Source: Octopus bimaculoides
Lineage: Eukaryota
Direction of reading: 5' to 3'
DNA length: 64,000 nt
NCBI RefSeq assembly: GCF_001194135.2
Contig: NC_068982.1
Location: 2,306,480 to 2,370,479 of the forward strand
Position 1 is the stretch's first letter. Every line of letters begins with the position of its first letter. Under the pieces are notes generated by a model. That model saw only the letters and a list, made by a program, of their open reading frames with translations. It was not told where the DNA came from and made no database searches. The position numbers and the translations under genes are program-made. Shown here piece by piece: positions 63,584 to 64,000 of this stretch.

Positions 63584-64000
63584 TTTACATAAATATTCGT
63601 ATGTAAAGTAAAACCAAGTAAACTTTTGAAATTGGCAGTTACTGGGATCGATACAATTACTGCTTTGCTATTAATTGTGTCCATGCAATTCTGAGTTTCG
63701 TTTTGCATTGTATTTCTTAAACAACAAAGTTAAAATTTCACAGAAAATTAGGTGATCTGCCTGAAGGTGCTTCTACTGCAGATTTTAATATCCATGTGCA
63801 TAAAATACCCGGGAACATGGCTTTGCTAAAAATTCGAAAATTTCCAAGGTATGTTGATTAAGCCATCAATTTTTTCTGGTCCTTTTTCTACGGGTGCTTT
63901 TAGGATTGGTAACTCAAGCTACACAATGAGTCTGATTGGAAAATCTATTCTGATGTACCTCGTTATAATGTGATGAAGTCGTAACAGATGTGGCATCATC

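Overview
AT-rich, microsatellite-dense eukaryotic non-genic DNA with many N-gaps, most of them bordered by simple repeats. The SINE families look like those of Octopus; this is my recognition, not a database result. I can support no intact host gene, tRNA, rRNA or CRISPR array. Most ORFs in the track come from microsatellites, N-runs or decayed transposons. Identifiable content: R4/Dong-type RLE LINE fragments next to (TAA)n; CR1/L2-like and RTE LINE fragments; three SINE families; Tc1, mariner and hAT transposon remnants. Main observation: several unrelated-looking 'MITE-like' palindromes and short direct repeats each carry a minimal type I hammerhead ribozyme (CUGANGA / stem II / GAAA / self-complementary stem III / NUH). 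One copy (24407-24484) has an intact core and others are decayed. This points to a varied set of small Penelope-like or retrozyme elements rather than DNA MITEs. A probable twin-primed, 5'-inverted R4/Dong insertion is also present. All alignments and folds were done by eye, so boundaries are approximate (about 10-20 nt unless stated).
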